Positions 36,511-53,054 of a stretch of 64,000 bases of DNA are shown here, in pieces. The stretch lies in assembly GCF_009914755.1 (NCBI RefSeq), contig NC_060933.1; one strand, given 5' to 3'. The stretch's first letter is position 1; every line of letters begins with the position of its first letter. The translations under genes were made by a program, and so were the position numbers. The notes beneath the pieces are model-generated. The model did not search any database and was not told the origin of the DNA. It saw only the letters and a program-made list of their open reading frames with translations. The DNA comes from the human T2T-CHM13v2.0 reference genome, Homo sapiens.

Positions 36511-37379
36511 AATTTCAGAAGTTTTGAGGGAGCTAGGGTTTTCTAATTCTTCTATATCCTTGGATATCTCCATTCTTAATGTCAAAAATAATCTCTGGAG
36601 CTGGTTCCAGGAGTCTCAACCCATTTGCTACAGTACATGCACCATCTCAGGTGTCCAAAGGTGAATATTTGATTAACTACTTCACAGCTTCATACCCCTG
36701 CTGCTGTTTTTCCATTCTGGAATGTGGAAAGCAGTGTGACTCCTATTAACTGACCAGTAGTCAATTTCAACTACCCATAAATATGTGAGTGTCTTGTATC
36801 TGTAATCCCCTATCTGGTGCCATTTTTGGAAACCAGTTAAGACTCTTTTATCCTAAAAAAATGAACTATGTTGCATTTCTGGAAAGTAATTATTGATGAA
36901 ATACTCCCTGGAGAGTCTGAAGCCCCTGATATTGTATATTTAATGGTTATCCTCCTTTTAATAAAAGGTATGGGAAGAAATTTTAAATATTATTCCTAAA
37001 TACCTTACATCGAGATGAGCTAGAGTTAATTAAGTGGGACGAGGGATAATGAATTCGAGGGCATTTAAGAAAGATTAAAGAACCAATGCAAAATGTTTTA
37101 ATCAGGAAAGAAATTGGTGTGTTTAATGACAGAAAAGAAGTCAGCAGCATGGCAGGAGCTGGGGGGAGGTCGGTGAGTACAGGGCAAACTTGAAGAAGGC
37201 AGGAAGGCATCAGACCACTCAGAACCTTACTGGTCAAGGTAAATTATACAGAATTCAACATAAAGCTTAACAGGAGACACTGAGGTTTTCAACATTTGAC
37301 TTCTGTAGTAATCAGATTCGTGGCTGTGTATCTGTGTATTTAATCACCCTGGTCACAAAGTGAAGAAATAATGGACTGT

Positions 37380-37920
37380 GCAGGGAAGACAAAATGTTAC
37401 CTCTTCCCTCTTAGGGTTTTTCGGCTGGGCCTGAGAATGGAACAGATTAACAGGAGGAAAGCATACACATGTATTTAATATAAGTTTTACATCACATGAA
37501 AGGCCCCATAATTAAAGGAAGACCTGAATATGCAGTTAGAATTCAATACTCATATACTCAGTTGGGCAAAGAGTCATACATTGTGGAAAGGTGAAAAAGG
37601 GGCTTGGGCTAGGGTTGCTGGTTGAATGGCAAAGTGACTAGGAAGGTGAGGGTTAGTTTAACAAGCTTTTTTGGTATAGATTCCTTGGCCTCAACATCAT
37701 CCCCTCCTACCCTTCATGTTAAGAATGTTCTTTCTTTCTGGTATAGATAAGACATCTTTTATATGGGAGGCTTATTCCATTTTTCAAGAAGAAAAGGGGA
37801 AGGGTCAGAGTACTCCTCTTATACCTGCTATTGTCTTTAATGACTCTAGCTCAAAATAATCCTTATGCCAAAGTGGCATATTTTGGGCGGAGGGTTGGGG
37901 GCTTATGCTGCCACCCTCCA
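37380..37920 (-). mobile_element. ERV1 solo LTR (MER31/MER4 group)
   Basis: ctcaaaataatccttatgccaaagtggcatattttg is the reverse of the recalled MER4-group LTR 5' motif; acagattaacaggagg 3' motif. Confidence 0.55.
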
Positions 37921-38534
37921 GCAGTGTGGACAGAGTTGATGCGGAGAAAAAAGTTAGCTCAGGCAAGCAGTAGTTTAGCTGGGATAATGATGATGGTGTT
38001 AGAAATATGGGGAAAATGAGACATTTAAAAGGAAGAAAATCAAAGGACTTGGCAATTGATTAGACATGAGCAGCAATATGCAGGGGGTGGGGGGTGGTGA
38101 TTAAGAGACTGCGACAGACAGACAAATAAGGAGGACCAAGTGGGAAGAAGATCAAGATTTACTTTGAGATTGGGAGTGCCTTTGGGACAGTAATCTAAAC
38201 AAGAATATGCAGGGAGCAGTTGGATGTACAAGTCATGGACTCAGAAAATGGATCTGGATAAGAAGTACACCTTTGGGACATTTAGCATCACTGGAAGAAT
38301 GAAAGTGCCTCCAATCCCTTGATATAGAGTTTACAATGAAAAAAGCAGAGAACATAGGATAGAGATTTAGGCAGCACACCTGCCTTGGGGGACTATAAAA
38401 GGTTGAGGGAGGCAAAATGCACTGATAAACCACCATCGGCATTAGACTAATGGCTGAGTAATTGTGTAAGTAATTGCTAGTAATAATGCTGTGGAGTACG
38501 TGCCTGGTACCACACCAAGTGCTGCTTTTTTCTT

Positions 38535-40338
<1,804 letters not shown>

Positions 40339-40615
40339 TTTGAAATAAGTAAAGATATACAACATGATCATGAAAAAGTGAATCCAATAATCCAATAGTA
40401 AGTTTATTTTAATTTCTGCAGTATTATCTATATATTCAATACGACAGTAATCAAACTACAAAATATTTATTTCATGAAATTTGGCATATAATCTACAACT
40501 AAGTGAAAAAGAAGAACAAAAATAAGCATTATTTAAGAAGGACAGAAAGTGACGTGAATTGCTCTACCAATTATCAAATTATGTTATCACTTAGGATAAT
40601 GAAAGAAGCGTGATT

Positions 40616-41029
<414 letters not shown>

Positions 41030-42304
41030 TTATGTAATATACAATAAGTTATTCTGGAACAGGTGGTTATCCATACAAGGAAAGATGAATTTAAACCTTA
41101 CTTCACAATATATGCTAAAATAAATCACAAGTGGATTAAATGCTTAAATGCAAAATTCAAAATGTTAGGTGTTTTGGTAAATAATAAGGATTATATCTTC
41201 ATGAATTTGGGCTATGGGTTTTTTTTATATAAAGAATTTAAAAACATGTTCACCCCAAATAAAAGAATAATGCATTCTACTAAATTAAGAAATCCAACAA
41301 AAAGTAGCACAAAGAGAGTAAAGACATAAACCACAAACTGGAAAGATATTAGGAACACATATAGCTGACAAACGTTGGGTATCCAGAGTCTATAAAATCT
41401 GTTACAAATAAATAACAGTTAATCAACCAAAAAGAAATATGGACAAAGGGCAGTTTACAGCAACACTGGTGGCCTATAATATATAAAATATGTTCAACCT
41501 TCTTAGCAACCAGGAAGAAGCAAGCTAAAACTATATTGTACCATGAGATAATATTAACAAACTAGACTGGCAAAATTAAAAGTATATTAAATAGCAAGTG
41601 TAGTCCTAGATGTGGAACATTTGAACACACTCATGAACTGTTGGTGGGATCATTTATTTGGCTTAATCACTTTGGAAAGCATTTTGTTATGTTATGAAGT
41701 TGACATGCTGACTTGAAGACTCAGTCTTTACATTGCCAGGTATGGCAACAATCTTCCACCTAGGTAAGCAGAGACATGTTCAAGAATACCATACTGTTTG
41801 TAGCAGCACAAACACCCAGGGAAAAATTAGTGTGTATTAATTCAAGAATGAATCAATTCTAGCCAATGAATATAACGTAATACTAGATAGCAATGGAAGT
41901 AAATTGTCTAGATTATGTGTCAACATATTATCACAGACCTAATGTTGAATGAAAAAATAACATTACAGAAAAATATATAAACTAGCTGATTCCTCTTAGA
42001 CACATTTCAAAGACACACAAAATTAAATACTACATAATTTACAGATTCTTGTGTAAATGCTACAGACTATAATGCAAAGCAAGTGAATGACAAATTTAAA
42101 CTTCAGTTTACATCTACCTGGGCATGATGGAGAAACAATGAGGAAATCTAAAAGAGTAACATGGACTGAGAAATTTTCAGCAATAATCTAACTCTTAAGC
42201 TGATTGGTTCAGGCAAAGGTATTCATTTTATTGCTTCTATATATGCATTGCATATTTGTCATAAATATTGTTCTGTATAGTTCAACATTTAATTCTTTAA
42301 TGTA

Positions 42305-42610
42305 GCCGGACGCGGTGGCTCATGCCTGTAATCCCAACACTTTGGGAGGCTGAGGTGGGCGGATCACTTGAGGTCAGGAATTCAAGACCAGCCAGTGACA
42401 TGGTGAAAGGCTGTCTCTACTAAAAATACAAAAATTAGCCAGGTGTGGTGGTGGGGGCCTGTAATCCCAGCTACTCAGGAGGCTGAGGCAGGAGACTGCT
42501 TGAACCCAAGAGGCAAAGGCTGCAGTGGGCCGAGATCAAGCCACTGAACTCCAGCCTGGGAGACAGAGCAAGATCCGTCTCAAAAATAAATAAATAAATA
42601 AATAAGAAAA
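42305..42610 (+). mobile_element. AluS element
   Basis: gccggacgcggtggctc...(aaat)n tail; ttaatgta flanks both ends. Confidence 0.92.
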
Positions 42611-42756
42611 AATTACTTAATGTAAAGCTGCTGCTATGTGATTTTATAAGTGTGTCAAAAGCTACTATCTGTAAAGACCGAGTTGTATGATTCCTTACCT
42701 GAGATGGAAGGGAGGAGGGGAAGAAGCAAATTGACAAGTTAAAAAAGTAAACAGAG

Positions 42757-43365
42757 TGTAAATTAGTTCAACCATGTGGAAGACAGTGTGGCGATTCCTC
42801 AAGGATCTAGAACCAGAAATACCATTTGACCCAGCAATCCCATTACTGGGTATATACCCAAAGGATTATAAATCATTCTACTATAAAGACACATGCACAT
42901 GTATGTTTACTGCAGCACTGTTCACAATAGCAAAGACTTGGAACCAACCCAAATGCCCATCAGTGATACACTGGATAAAGAAAATGTGGCACATATACAC
43001 CATGGAATACTATGCAGCCATTAAAAAGAATGAGTTCATGTCCTTTGCAGGGACATGGATGAAGCTGGAAACCATCATTCTCAGCAAACTAACACAAGAA
43101 CAGAAAACCAAACACTGCATGTTCTCACTCATAAGTGGGAGTTGAACAATGAGAACACATGGATACAGGGAGGGCAACATCATACACGGGGCCTGTTGGG
43201 GGATGGAGGGCTAGGGGAGGGATAGCATTAGGAGAAATACCTAATGTAGATGATGGGTTGATGGGTGCAGCAAACCACCATGGCATGTGTATACCTAATG
43301 TAACAAAACTGCACATTCTGCACATGTACCCCAGAACTTAAAGTATAATAATTTTTTTTAATAAA
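42757..43365 (+). mobile_element. 5'-truncated L1PA 3' end (ORF2 C-terminus + 3'UTR)
   Basis: ORF 42774..43145 WKTVWRFLKDLEPEIPFDPAIPLLGIYPK...FSLISGS*; gtaccccagaacttaaagtataata terminus. Confidence 0.93.
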
Positions 43366-43649
43366 TGTATGAGTGATTTTACTTAAAAAAATAGCAAAAC
43401 AGTGAGTCACAGAAAAAAAAAACTAAAAGCAGGCTGAAACTTACACTATTTTTAACAGCTAAAACAAAGCCTGCCCTCCTACATTCTCTGAAATTGAAAT
43501 GATTCTGTCCCATGTACAGAGCATCTACAAAGGCTATGGGAAGTGATCACATCACAAGCAGGTTGCTGACGGGGGCGGGGGGAGCGGGCGGAGCGGGTGA
43601 GGAAGCCTTACAGAAAAAGCTACCACCACGATTTCTGTCTGAGCCAACC

Positions 43650-44095
43650 AGGTGCCTCAGACTTCTCTGCTGTGTGGCCCTTTCTTTCTGGGGAGCAGGT
43701 AAGTCCCTGTTCTGAACTGGTGAATTCCAGTTCCAAGACTCTCTCCTGTGGCTGCAGTATCAGGCTCCCTCCTGGGCTTTTTTTCCTTCCTCCACAGCCT
43801 CCATGGACACCAAGGTCACCCAGAGACCTAGATTTCTGGTCAAAGCAAATGAACAGAAAGCAAAGATGGACTGTGTTCCTATAAAAAGACATAGTTATGT
43901 TTACTGGTATCATAAGACGCTGGAAGAAGAGCTCAAGTTTTTTATTTACTTTCAGAATGAAGAAATTATTCAGAAAGCAGAAATAATCAATGAGCGATTT
44001 TCAGCCCAATGCCCCCAAAACTCACCCTGTACCTTGGAGATCCAGTCCACGGAGTCAGGAGACACAGCACGGTATTTCTGTGCCAACAGCAAAGC
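43650..44095 (+). pseudogene. TRBV21OR9-2: TCR beta V orphon; start codon is AGG (leader 43650-43698; V exon 43798-44095 in frame)
   Basis: accAGGtgcctcagacttctctgc...gcag|gt; V exon DTKVTQRPRFLVK...YWYHKT...YFCANSK. Confidence 0.9.
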
Positions 44096-44134
44096 CACAG
44101 TGCCGAATGTTAGCCCTTCTTAGAACACAAACTC
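44096..44134 (+). promoter_or_regulatory. 23-RSS
   Basis: CACAGTG - 23 bp - CACAAACTC. Confidence 0.88.
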
Positions 44135-46309
44135 ATTATGGACCCAGCTCAGGAAATAAGTGTATGTCAGGTTGGTACACACTATAATAACAGAAAGCCA
44201 ACTTGAAAGACAATAAATCAGAAGGAAAAACTTGTAAATAACAGCTCTAAGTGAGCAAAAAACAAAGGGGGAGGGGTACTTAAAACAGCTGATGGGGACA
44301 AAACCCCAGGGAAGGAAGCAGAAGGCATAAAAAGCTCGGATTCCTCCGTGTTCAGGATATTAGTTAAGATATACTAAGTTACCTTCTGTCTCTCTTTTCA
44401 TATGAGCTTTAGGGATTTCTAACAATCTTTATTTAAAGAATGGGATTCTGTGCTTTTCACTTGGTAAAGCTGTGAGTTCAGAAATAAGAATAAGCAAATC
44501 AACTGTGTCTTTCAGGTAGACCCTGATCATCTGACCCAGCACATTTCCTTGAACTAGAGACAGACTCTAAAGGGCTTTTTGACTGCTTCTCACAGCTCTT
44601 CCTGCCATAGAAGTTTAGTAGGAACCATTAGCAATTCCCACCCTCTGGAATGTTACAATCACAAAAATTTTTAAAGCACCTTTATTGAGACATAAGATAC
44701 ATGTAGAATACGTAGGCAATAAACATATGCAACCGATGCAACAAAACCCACCCTCATTGTAAGTGTATACTTCAACAAATTTTAACACATTTTTATACCC
44801 ATGTAACCATGATGACAATCAAGATACAAAACATTTTCATCATCTCAAAAAGTCCCCCACATCTCTTTATTGAGGTCTCGTTAATTTCTCTCAGCATTGC
44901 TTTGTAGTTTTTATTATACAGATCTCATACATATTTTCCTAAATTTTATTTTAATAAATTATAAATGTACTCAATAAAAATATTCTCTGCCAAGATTTCA
45001 CATCAGCCTGACTCAGCCTAATTCAATTTCATCTTTACATTTTTCAATTGACATCTCTACCTCAGCATATTACATAAAAATACCTTCTCCAGAAATTGCA
45101 TATGGTTTGGAGCAACCATATGTGAGCTCACAGCGTCAGCCTCATTCGCCATGTGAACCAATCAAGTGTTAGTGCTGCTCTGTTTCCAGGTAAATTATAC
45201 GCATTCACATGTATTGGAAAAGCTGTGAAATTTCTGCAAGGTGTACTTTAAGAAGAGGTATATTTTGTTAATGAAAACATACCTATGAGTTAAGATTAAT
45301 TAAAGGGAATATTTTGCAGTTAAGCACATGATTTGGAATGAGGGGTTGGGTGTTGAAGCCCTGCTGGTCAAGCCTCTGAATTCCATTCTTGTTTCTCCCA
45401 TAGGCCACCTTCATCAGGTCTACAGTTCTACAATACAGAGTGTCAGTAGTAGGGAAGGTCGTTCATGTGAGAACAGGGAATACTTGGGATTCTGTAGTTT
45501 CTGCTCAACTTTGCTGCGGACTTAAAATTGCTCCAAAAATACAATTCACTAATTTAAAAATGGATACAAGTATTCAGATGGAGAATTACCATATTGGAGG
45601 CACGAAATGGGAACATACTGTTGAATCTGTTGCAATACAGGAAGAGTGTTTAATGACAAACTTTATTACTCCTTTGTCTAGGAAATAGGACACTATTTAA
45701 CACTGACTACAACGAGGATCTTAAATACAGTAGAACTGTCTAAATTCTATCATTAAGAATAGTGTATATATTACCAATATAGGGATCTGAGGTGTCTCAG
45801 AATTAGTAACACATAGTACTGTAGAGATTATTTTAAAACGTAGTGTGGAGATAATTTTGTGATTCCATTTTAGGAATACTATTTCTGATTACATGGTTTC
45901 TTAGCGTAAAGCCTCACTCTTTCATGAAAGAGAGTATATACTATCATACTACGTCCCTGTAGTTTTCTATTCCAATAATGCTCCTTAGGAATAAAATATA
46001 CATGATAATCATGATGATGACGTGGATAATGATGAATATAATTGATAATGCAGACAGTATGTAGAAAGATAGATGATAGAATTTGTACCATGTTTCCAGG
46101 ACTAGAATACAATCATGGTAAGTATAATATAAAACTTGTTATAATTGAAGTCTGTAAACAGTCTAAAGAAGTAGTTTAATTTTTTTCCCTTGACACCTTG
46201 ACAAATCTGCAAACTACACATATAGGCTAAGTACTTCCGAGGCTATATGAACTTCCTAAAAAACATTTCCTCTCTGTGGATTCCAGCATAATGCATATTC
46301 TCTTCTAAG

Positions 46310-46835
46310 GCAGAAGTTTTTAACCTGGGATCCATGGACCTCCAAGTAGTGCACAGATAAAATTCAGGGAATCCATAAATTTGAATGGGAAAATAGATCT
46401 TTATTTTAACTAATCTCCAACTGAAATATACCTTTCCCTCTAAGATATAGTGAGTAAACCAGAGTAGTTTTAGTAATACCAGTGACAAAATCAATTGCAG
46501 AAATCACAAACATTTGCTTACATGTTGCATAAGTGACAGTTGATATAAAAGTCAGATATTTTCATATCACGTTACATGCAGTAAATATACCTTCATCACT
46601 ATGTTGAAATCGTGACAGTTTTCAGATTCATCAGGTTATATTTTATTTAATGAAATTTAAAAGTGTTCCTATATTAATATATGAAAATTTAAAAAAATAT
46701 TTTGATGTCTGCATTTCAAAATAATTGTTTTTCTATATTCTAGTTTGTGCATTTAAAATGTTATCCTGAGATGGGGTCCCTAGGATTTACCAGTCTGACA
46801 AAGAGGTCCCTGGTACAATGTGAAGAACTCCTGGA
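46310..46835. mobile_element. hAT-Charlie relic (MER113-like)
   Basis: Ends cagaagttttaacctgggatccatggac... and ...gaagaactcctg. Confidence 0.5.
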
Positions 46836-46987
46836 CACAGAATTAGATCCTCAACGCAGGCATGATTGACAACCTGAAACCTAGACTCACGCATTGGAAG
46901 CAACCATGTTGGAAGCATTCTTTCTCAGAGTTTTACCCACACTGCTGCACCTCTTAATGCTTCTCACTTTAAATAATTACTTTGCAT

Positions 46988-47018
<31 letters not shown>

Positions 47019-47206
47019 CTCTCGCTCTCCTGCTCTTTTATTTTCTCTCTCTGCCTTCTGTTTTTCTTCTAGGAGGAAATAGCAACAGCTTCTAAACCCC
47101 ACCAGCTTGCAACCAAAAGTTTCATCATGAAAGCATCTTTTAATGGCAGATAACCTCAGAACAACATTTGTCTACCAAAACAAAAGCATTCATTAAGAAA
47201 TCATCG

Positions 47207-47430
47207 GAATTGAACAATGAGAACACATGGACACAGGAAGGGGAACATCACACACCGGGGACTGTTGTGGGGTGGGGGGAGGGGGGAGGGATAGTATTAG
47301 GAGATATACCTAATGCTAAATGACGAGTGAATGGGTGCAGCACACCAGCATGGCACATGTATACATATGTAACAAACCTGCACGTTGTGCACATGTACCC
47401 TAAAACTTAAAGTATAATAATAATAATAAT
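47207..47430 (+). mobile_element. Short (~220 bp) young L1PA 3' end with TSD
   Basis: gaattgaacaatgagaacacatggacacagg...gtaccctaaaacttaaagtataataataa; TSD aagaaatcatc on both sides. Confidence 0.92.
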
Positions 47431-48359
47431 AAAGAAATCATCTAGGATCCTATTTTTATTTACTAAATCTATTGGGAAGAACCTATGTTATACAGTGAAT
47501 TTACACTCATACAAATTTCTACTCGTGTTGGAAAATGATACTTTAGTCAGCTGGTACAACCCTATGACCATAAATGTCTGATTTCACTTGATATAGTATT
47601 GACTTCCTAACTTCCTGTGAATTAGAATATCAGGTCCAGAACGTAATAATAGCAAACACAAATATAGTGTTTCTTATGTACTAAGAACTGTTCTAAATGC
47701 TTTATTTATGTAATGTTCATCACAGGTTTGGGGGTAGTTACTTATTATCTCAATTTTACAGGTAAAGTCAGATTGAAGAGAGGCTCTGTAACTTTTACAA
47801 GGTTACGTAGATGCTAAATGGCACAGACAGGACTAAAGCCCATGCCGTGTCCCAAGTCCCTGCTCTAATCCATTGTCACAAGGGGAGGGGCACTTCAGAC
47901 GCTTTGCTATTCCTAAAATTACAGGAGTAGCCCCTACCCCATCTCTACTGTATTAATTATTTATAGTAAATACAGAGAGTGTCGAGAATTGGTTCTTTAA
48001 AAAAAAACAACCACAAAAAACTAAACTTCCAAACCCCTTCTTGTGTTGAGTTGAGCACAGGTGCATGGCACTCTGTGTATGACTCTGACCAGGAAATGAG
48101 GGATTGGCTCTTCTGACCATGCAGGCAGGCACTTGTCCATTTAGAAGGGATATAAAAAGCTTCTATAAGCAGAAGAGGAGGTGCATGTGACTTGATCTCT
48201 CTAATTCTTAGTCTCACCATCTGCAAAATCAGCTGTGACAATCAGTCATCATGTAGCAATGACAAATTCTTTATATTAAGCCCTGGGGAGGGGCTAGATC
48301 TCAGCCTCTCTCTCTCTCAGAGCCTGTGTCTGTAACTTCAGAGAGACTTCATCGCTGCC

Positions 48360-48809
48360 ATGGGCAGCTGTGTCCTCTGCTATGTGACCCTGTGTCTCCT
48401 GGGAGCAGGTGAGCTCAGCACACATCCAGTTGGTCAATTCCTATCCTGGGCTTGCCAGGCCCCTCCCCGGCCAGCACCTCCCTTCTGGGCATGATCTCTA
48501 GCCTTTGTCTCTTGGACCCTTGGATGCTGACATCTATCAGACGCCATTCCAGCTCACTGGGGCTGGATGGGATGTGACCCTGGAGTAGAAACAATTTGAG
48601 ACACAATGACATGTACTGGTACTGGTACTGGCAGGACCCAAAGCAAAATCTGAGACTGATCTATTACTCAAGGGTTGAAAAGGATATTCAGAGAGGAGAC
48701 CTAACTGAAGGCTACGGTGTCTCCCGAGAGGAGAAGGGGCTGTTTCTTCTCATGGTGAAGCTGGCCCACACCAGCCAAACAGCTCTGTACTTCTGTCCTG
48801 GGAGTGCAC
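48360..48809 (+). pseudogene. TRBV22OR9-2: TCR beta V orphon pseudogene (leader 48360-48408; V exon ~48515-48809)
   Basis: ATGGGCAGCTGTGTCCTC...GCAG|GT; acceptor lost; DADIYQTP...LE* (TAG at Cys23), frameshift, then MYWYWYWQDPKQNLRLIYYS...TALYFC. RSS CACAGTG(48810) - 24 bp - GCGGAAATG is degenerate. Confidence 0.88.
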
Positions 48810-51800
48810 CACAGTGGAAGCACAGCCATTGTCTCTCTGTGCGGAAATGTGTCCTAGCCCTGTAGTCCCCACCACATCCTCTAGTTTAATTTTTTCATTT
48901 TTAATATTTTCTTGAGATTTTCCTATGTCCTGTTACTTTTGCAAACACAAAGGATACAAAACTGAAAAGAAAATAGATCCTTTATCCAAGGAGCTAAGAG
49001 TCTAGCAAGAAAGTAATTATAATAGAACGGAAAATATCATATATAATACTACAATCAGAAGTCATTTGGGAGCTTCAGGGAGGACATGCACAATTCTGTT
49101 TGATTGAATGAGAAAAAGCAAAGAGGAAGTCCCATTAGAACCTCACCAGATAGACCTGGTTCTGAGTAGAGCATTCCAGGCAAAGAGAACAACTTTTGCA
49201 AAGGCATATTAAAGAGTTTGACACTTTGGGGAACAGTTTACAAAGAGAAAGATGATGATCAATGTATATGAATCAAAAGAAATGGAATATATCTGAGGAA
49301 GTAGAAAGGAGTTTTTGAAAAAGTTGAGTTTTTGGTTCCATGAATATAATAAGTATGAAAGTCCTTTGTAGGCTGTTGCTCAAAAGAGAGAGCTGAAGCT
49401 TGTTATCAGCAAACAAGCAAATGATACAATTTTTCAATTTTCCTCATATAACTTTGATCATTTACAAAGGGCACAATTTCAAACAATATGAAATCACGTT
49501 AGCAGTAGCAGTTCCCATTTGGGATAATAGGGTTCAACTGTCTATGGAACAATCAGATAAAAACTAGAAGTACGCAACTGCATAGACAAGATGTGAAATT
49601 GAGATGCCATAAAGCTGGACTAGAGGTTGAGATTCTGCAGATTACAGCATGTCAATAATTGAACTGTGGGGACAGAAAATTCCACCCAAATATAGATTTA
49701 GATCACAGAGATAAAATGCATGGGAATTAAGACTGTGGTATTCTGGTTCCTTATGGAGAATAAAGAAGCCTGAGAGTGAGGAGTGATTAGAACATGGGAT
49801 GTAAAAACAAAAGAGGGAAAGAGAGAGAGTGAGAGTTTTGTTTTGTCTGATATTTCTAAGAAAATTAGGGAAAAAAATAAAGGTAACCCAGGCAGAAGAA
49901 GCCACAAACACTTCTTGGGTAACAGGGAATAGTCGGTAAAATGTTATATGTTAGTTTACTGAGGTGAACAGAACCTTTTCCATTGAGGTTCCATTTGGAA
50001 AGACATAAGACTTAGCTAAGATTCCAAGAAATCACCAAAGTAGGAAATGAAAAACCTCCATGAATGAAGTTGCATGAGTCTGCCTACCAGTGGATAAAGG
50101 ATAGGATAAAAGAATAGCTGCAAAGGATAAAAGAATAGCTGAGGCACTGAAGTAGAAGCTCCAAGTGAGAGGACTAAATCTAACAGACATGAAGAATTAT
50201 TATAAGAGAATTATTATAAAACCACAATAATAAAAGTGGTATAATATAGGGGCATTGATATATAAATAGATCCAAGGAAAAAAATACATGTGCATAAACA
50301 CACAGCAATGGTACTGCAATAATCAAAGAATACATTTTTCAACAAATGGTGATGGGAAAATTGGGTATCTATATAAAGGAAAACAAGTGCAATTGGACAC
50401 ATCTCAATACATAGCCAAAATCAATCCCAGCTATATTAAAAGCATAATTGTAATAAAATCACAAGGCTTCTAGAATACTGTATAATATAAAAGGACATCT
50501 TCATGGCCTTAAAGCAGGGAAAGATTTCTTATTCCCTCAATCAGTAGGGAACCGATTGATAAAAATGGCTATATAAAAACTGATATTGAATTTATCAAAG
50601 TTAATTATATAAGAGTGACAAGATTGACTGTATAGTGACATATCATTAAATATCTATATATTTATACCAAATTAATATCCCTATCTATATTTATATATTC
50701 AAGAAAAGCTAGTATATATAATTTATTTTTTAAAAACCTAGAAACTAATTTTTCTCCAGATCAATGAGAAAAAGGTAACTGTCAATAGAAAAAGTGAGTG
50801 AAAACCATAAGCTCCCAGCAAAATCTCACTGGTCATTAAACATGTAAATGTTGCTAAATTTAATAATCAGGGAAATGGAAATTGAGTCCAACGAAATATA
50901 TACCCACAAGAATCTCTACGATGGTAAAAATAGTAATCTATCAAGTGTTGGCAAGGCAAAAGTGTCAACAAGAATTCTCTGAATCACTGGCTAGAGTGTA
51001 TATTGGTAGATCTAAGTTGGAAAACAATTTGGCATTACCTAGTAAAGTTCAAGATGTGTGTACCCACTGTCCATCAATTCCACCCTTGAGAAAGGCTTTT
51101 CTAGAGAAACACTTCTGTGAAAATCAGGACAAGGATATTCACTGTAATACATCTGTAATAGCAAAAATGCATACAATATCCAAATGTAACTTAACAGAAG
51201 AGTAAATAAATTATGGTTTATTATTATAAAGAAATTACACAGCAGTAAAAATTCATGAACTAAAACTAAACACACAAACATGACTGAATTTCACAAATTT
51301 GAAGAAAAATTACATTACAGAAGAAAGGTACAGTATTGTCTCATTTGTATAAAGTTTGGAAGCATGTAAAACTAAACACTTTTGTTTGCTTATGTACCTA
51401 TGTGTTAAAATATGAAAGAGAAGCAAATAAATATAAAAGCAAACACCTCAGTAGAGTTAGAGAACAGAGGCATGGGATCTGGGAAAAGAAATGAGTGCTT
51501 TCAAATATTCTGGTAATATTTTATTTCCTGTGCCAAGTTGTTTTTTTAAGTGGTCATTTTGTTGGTATGTTATCAAGTTATTGTCTATATATTCAAAGAC
51601 AATCTTGTAATGTGGAGGAAACAACCTCACTGAACAATTAAATAAGTAAGGAGAAATCTATGGAAAGATATACATTAAACTGTTAACATTACTTACCTGA
51701 AATGAGGATGAGATGGAGGAAGAAAAAAGTAAAAAAATAAATAAATCACCAAAAATGCACTATTTAAAATAAATAGTTACAGAAAGAAAAGCAAAAAAGG

Positions 51801-52543
51801 GAGGTTATCTAAAAGAAACACTAGTAAATGAACAAGCTAAAATACACCAAAAAGAGCTAAAAGGTGAAGTATTTTTCAAAGCAGTGGCTAGTTTCAGAAT
51901 CATAAAAATAGCAATTACAATAGAGATCTATATTATACTAAAAGATAATTAGATAATTAATAGCCAGAAGAAATGTCTAGTCGTGAGTTAGAAACTGATG
52001 CTCAAATTAATGGCAAAGGACATTTTTGAAACAACTGTAAAACTCTGCATAAAAACTAAATAGCAGATAAGATGAAACTGCATTGATGAGAAAGGATGAT
52101 GATCATTAACTGAAAAAAAAAGCTTATCAAACAGAATTTCAAGAATATTGTTTATAATAAAAAATAATGTGTCTATATATCTACACATTTATATATGGGG
52201 AGAGAAGGATCTAGAAAGACTCTCACTAATGTGTTAACAGTGATAATTGCTTTCTGGCAGTGGTATATTTTTATTTTGTTATTTTATTTTCTAACTTTCT
52301 AAAATATCAGTGCTTTGCTTATAGTAGCAAAAATAGACATACAATATTTTAAATGAATACAAAATAACTTAGTTATATTTACTGAGTTAGGAATAAAAGC
52401 TTTTTTTCCCGATACCATGAAGTGTTTTTGCTCAGAAACATGAAGCAGTAACAAGATGATTATGAATCTGTGGAGCAATCACGTCACAAGAAGGTGCAGA
52501 CGGGGATGAAAAAGCCTCATCCCTTTGCGACGTCAATGCGACC

Positions 52544-53015
52544 ACGGGCACCAGGCTTCTCGGCTGGGTAGCTCTTTGTCTCCTGGCAGCAGGTGAGCTC
52601 TGAGCACAGAATAAAAACCCTTGTCCTGGGCTGGCCAACCCCCAGATCCAAGCTTTGCTGTTGTTGTTAAGGTCTTTCCTGGACTCTGTCTACAGCATCT
52701 GTTTCTTTCTCTTACAGGCTGTTTTCATGCCAAAGTCACACAGACTCCAGGATATTTGGTCAAAGGAAAAGGAAGGAAAACAAAGATGTATTGTACCCCC
52801 AAAAACGGACATACTTTTGTTTGTTGGTATCAGCAGAATCAGAATAAAGAGTTTATGTTTTTGATTTCCTTTCAGAATGAACAAGTTCTTCAAGAAATGG
52901 AGATGCACAAGAAGCGATTCTCATCTCAATGCCCCAAGAACCCACCCTGCAGCCTGGCAATCCTGTCCTCGGAACCGGGAGACACCGCACTGTATCTCTG
53001 TGCCACCAGTCCGTC
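52544..53015 (+). pseudogene. TRBV23OR9-2: TCR beta V orphon; start codon is ACG (leader 52544-52592; V exon 52718-53015 in frame)
   Basis: accACGggcaccaggctt...gcag|gtgag; HAKVTQTPGYLVKGKGRKTKMYC...WYQQNQNKEF...TALYLCATS; CRE-like tcacgtca (~52479) and gacgtca (~52529) upstream. Confidence 0.9.
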
Positions 53016-53054
53016 CACAGCACTGAAATGTCAGTTCCTGTTAGCACACAAACT
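53016..53054 (+). promoter_or_regulatory. 23-RSS
   Basis: CACAGCA - 23 bp - ACACAAACT. Confidence 0.85.

Noticed and set aside
45380-45520. Acceptor-like ttgtttctcccatag suggesting a relic V exon
   Set aside because: No Cys/Trp/YxC framework or RSS follows.
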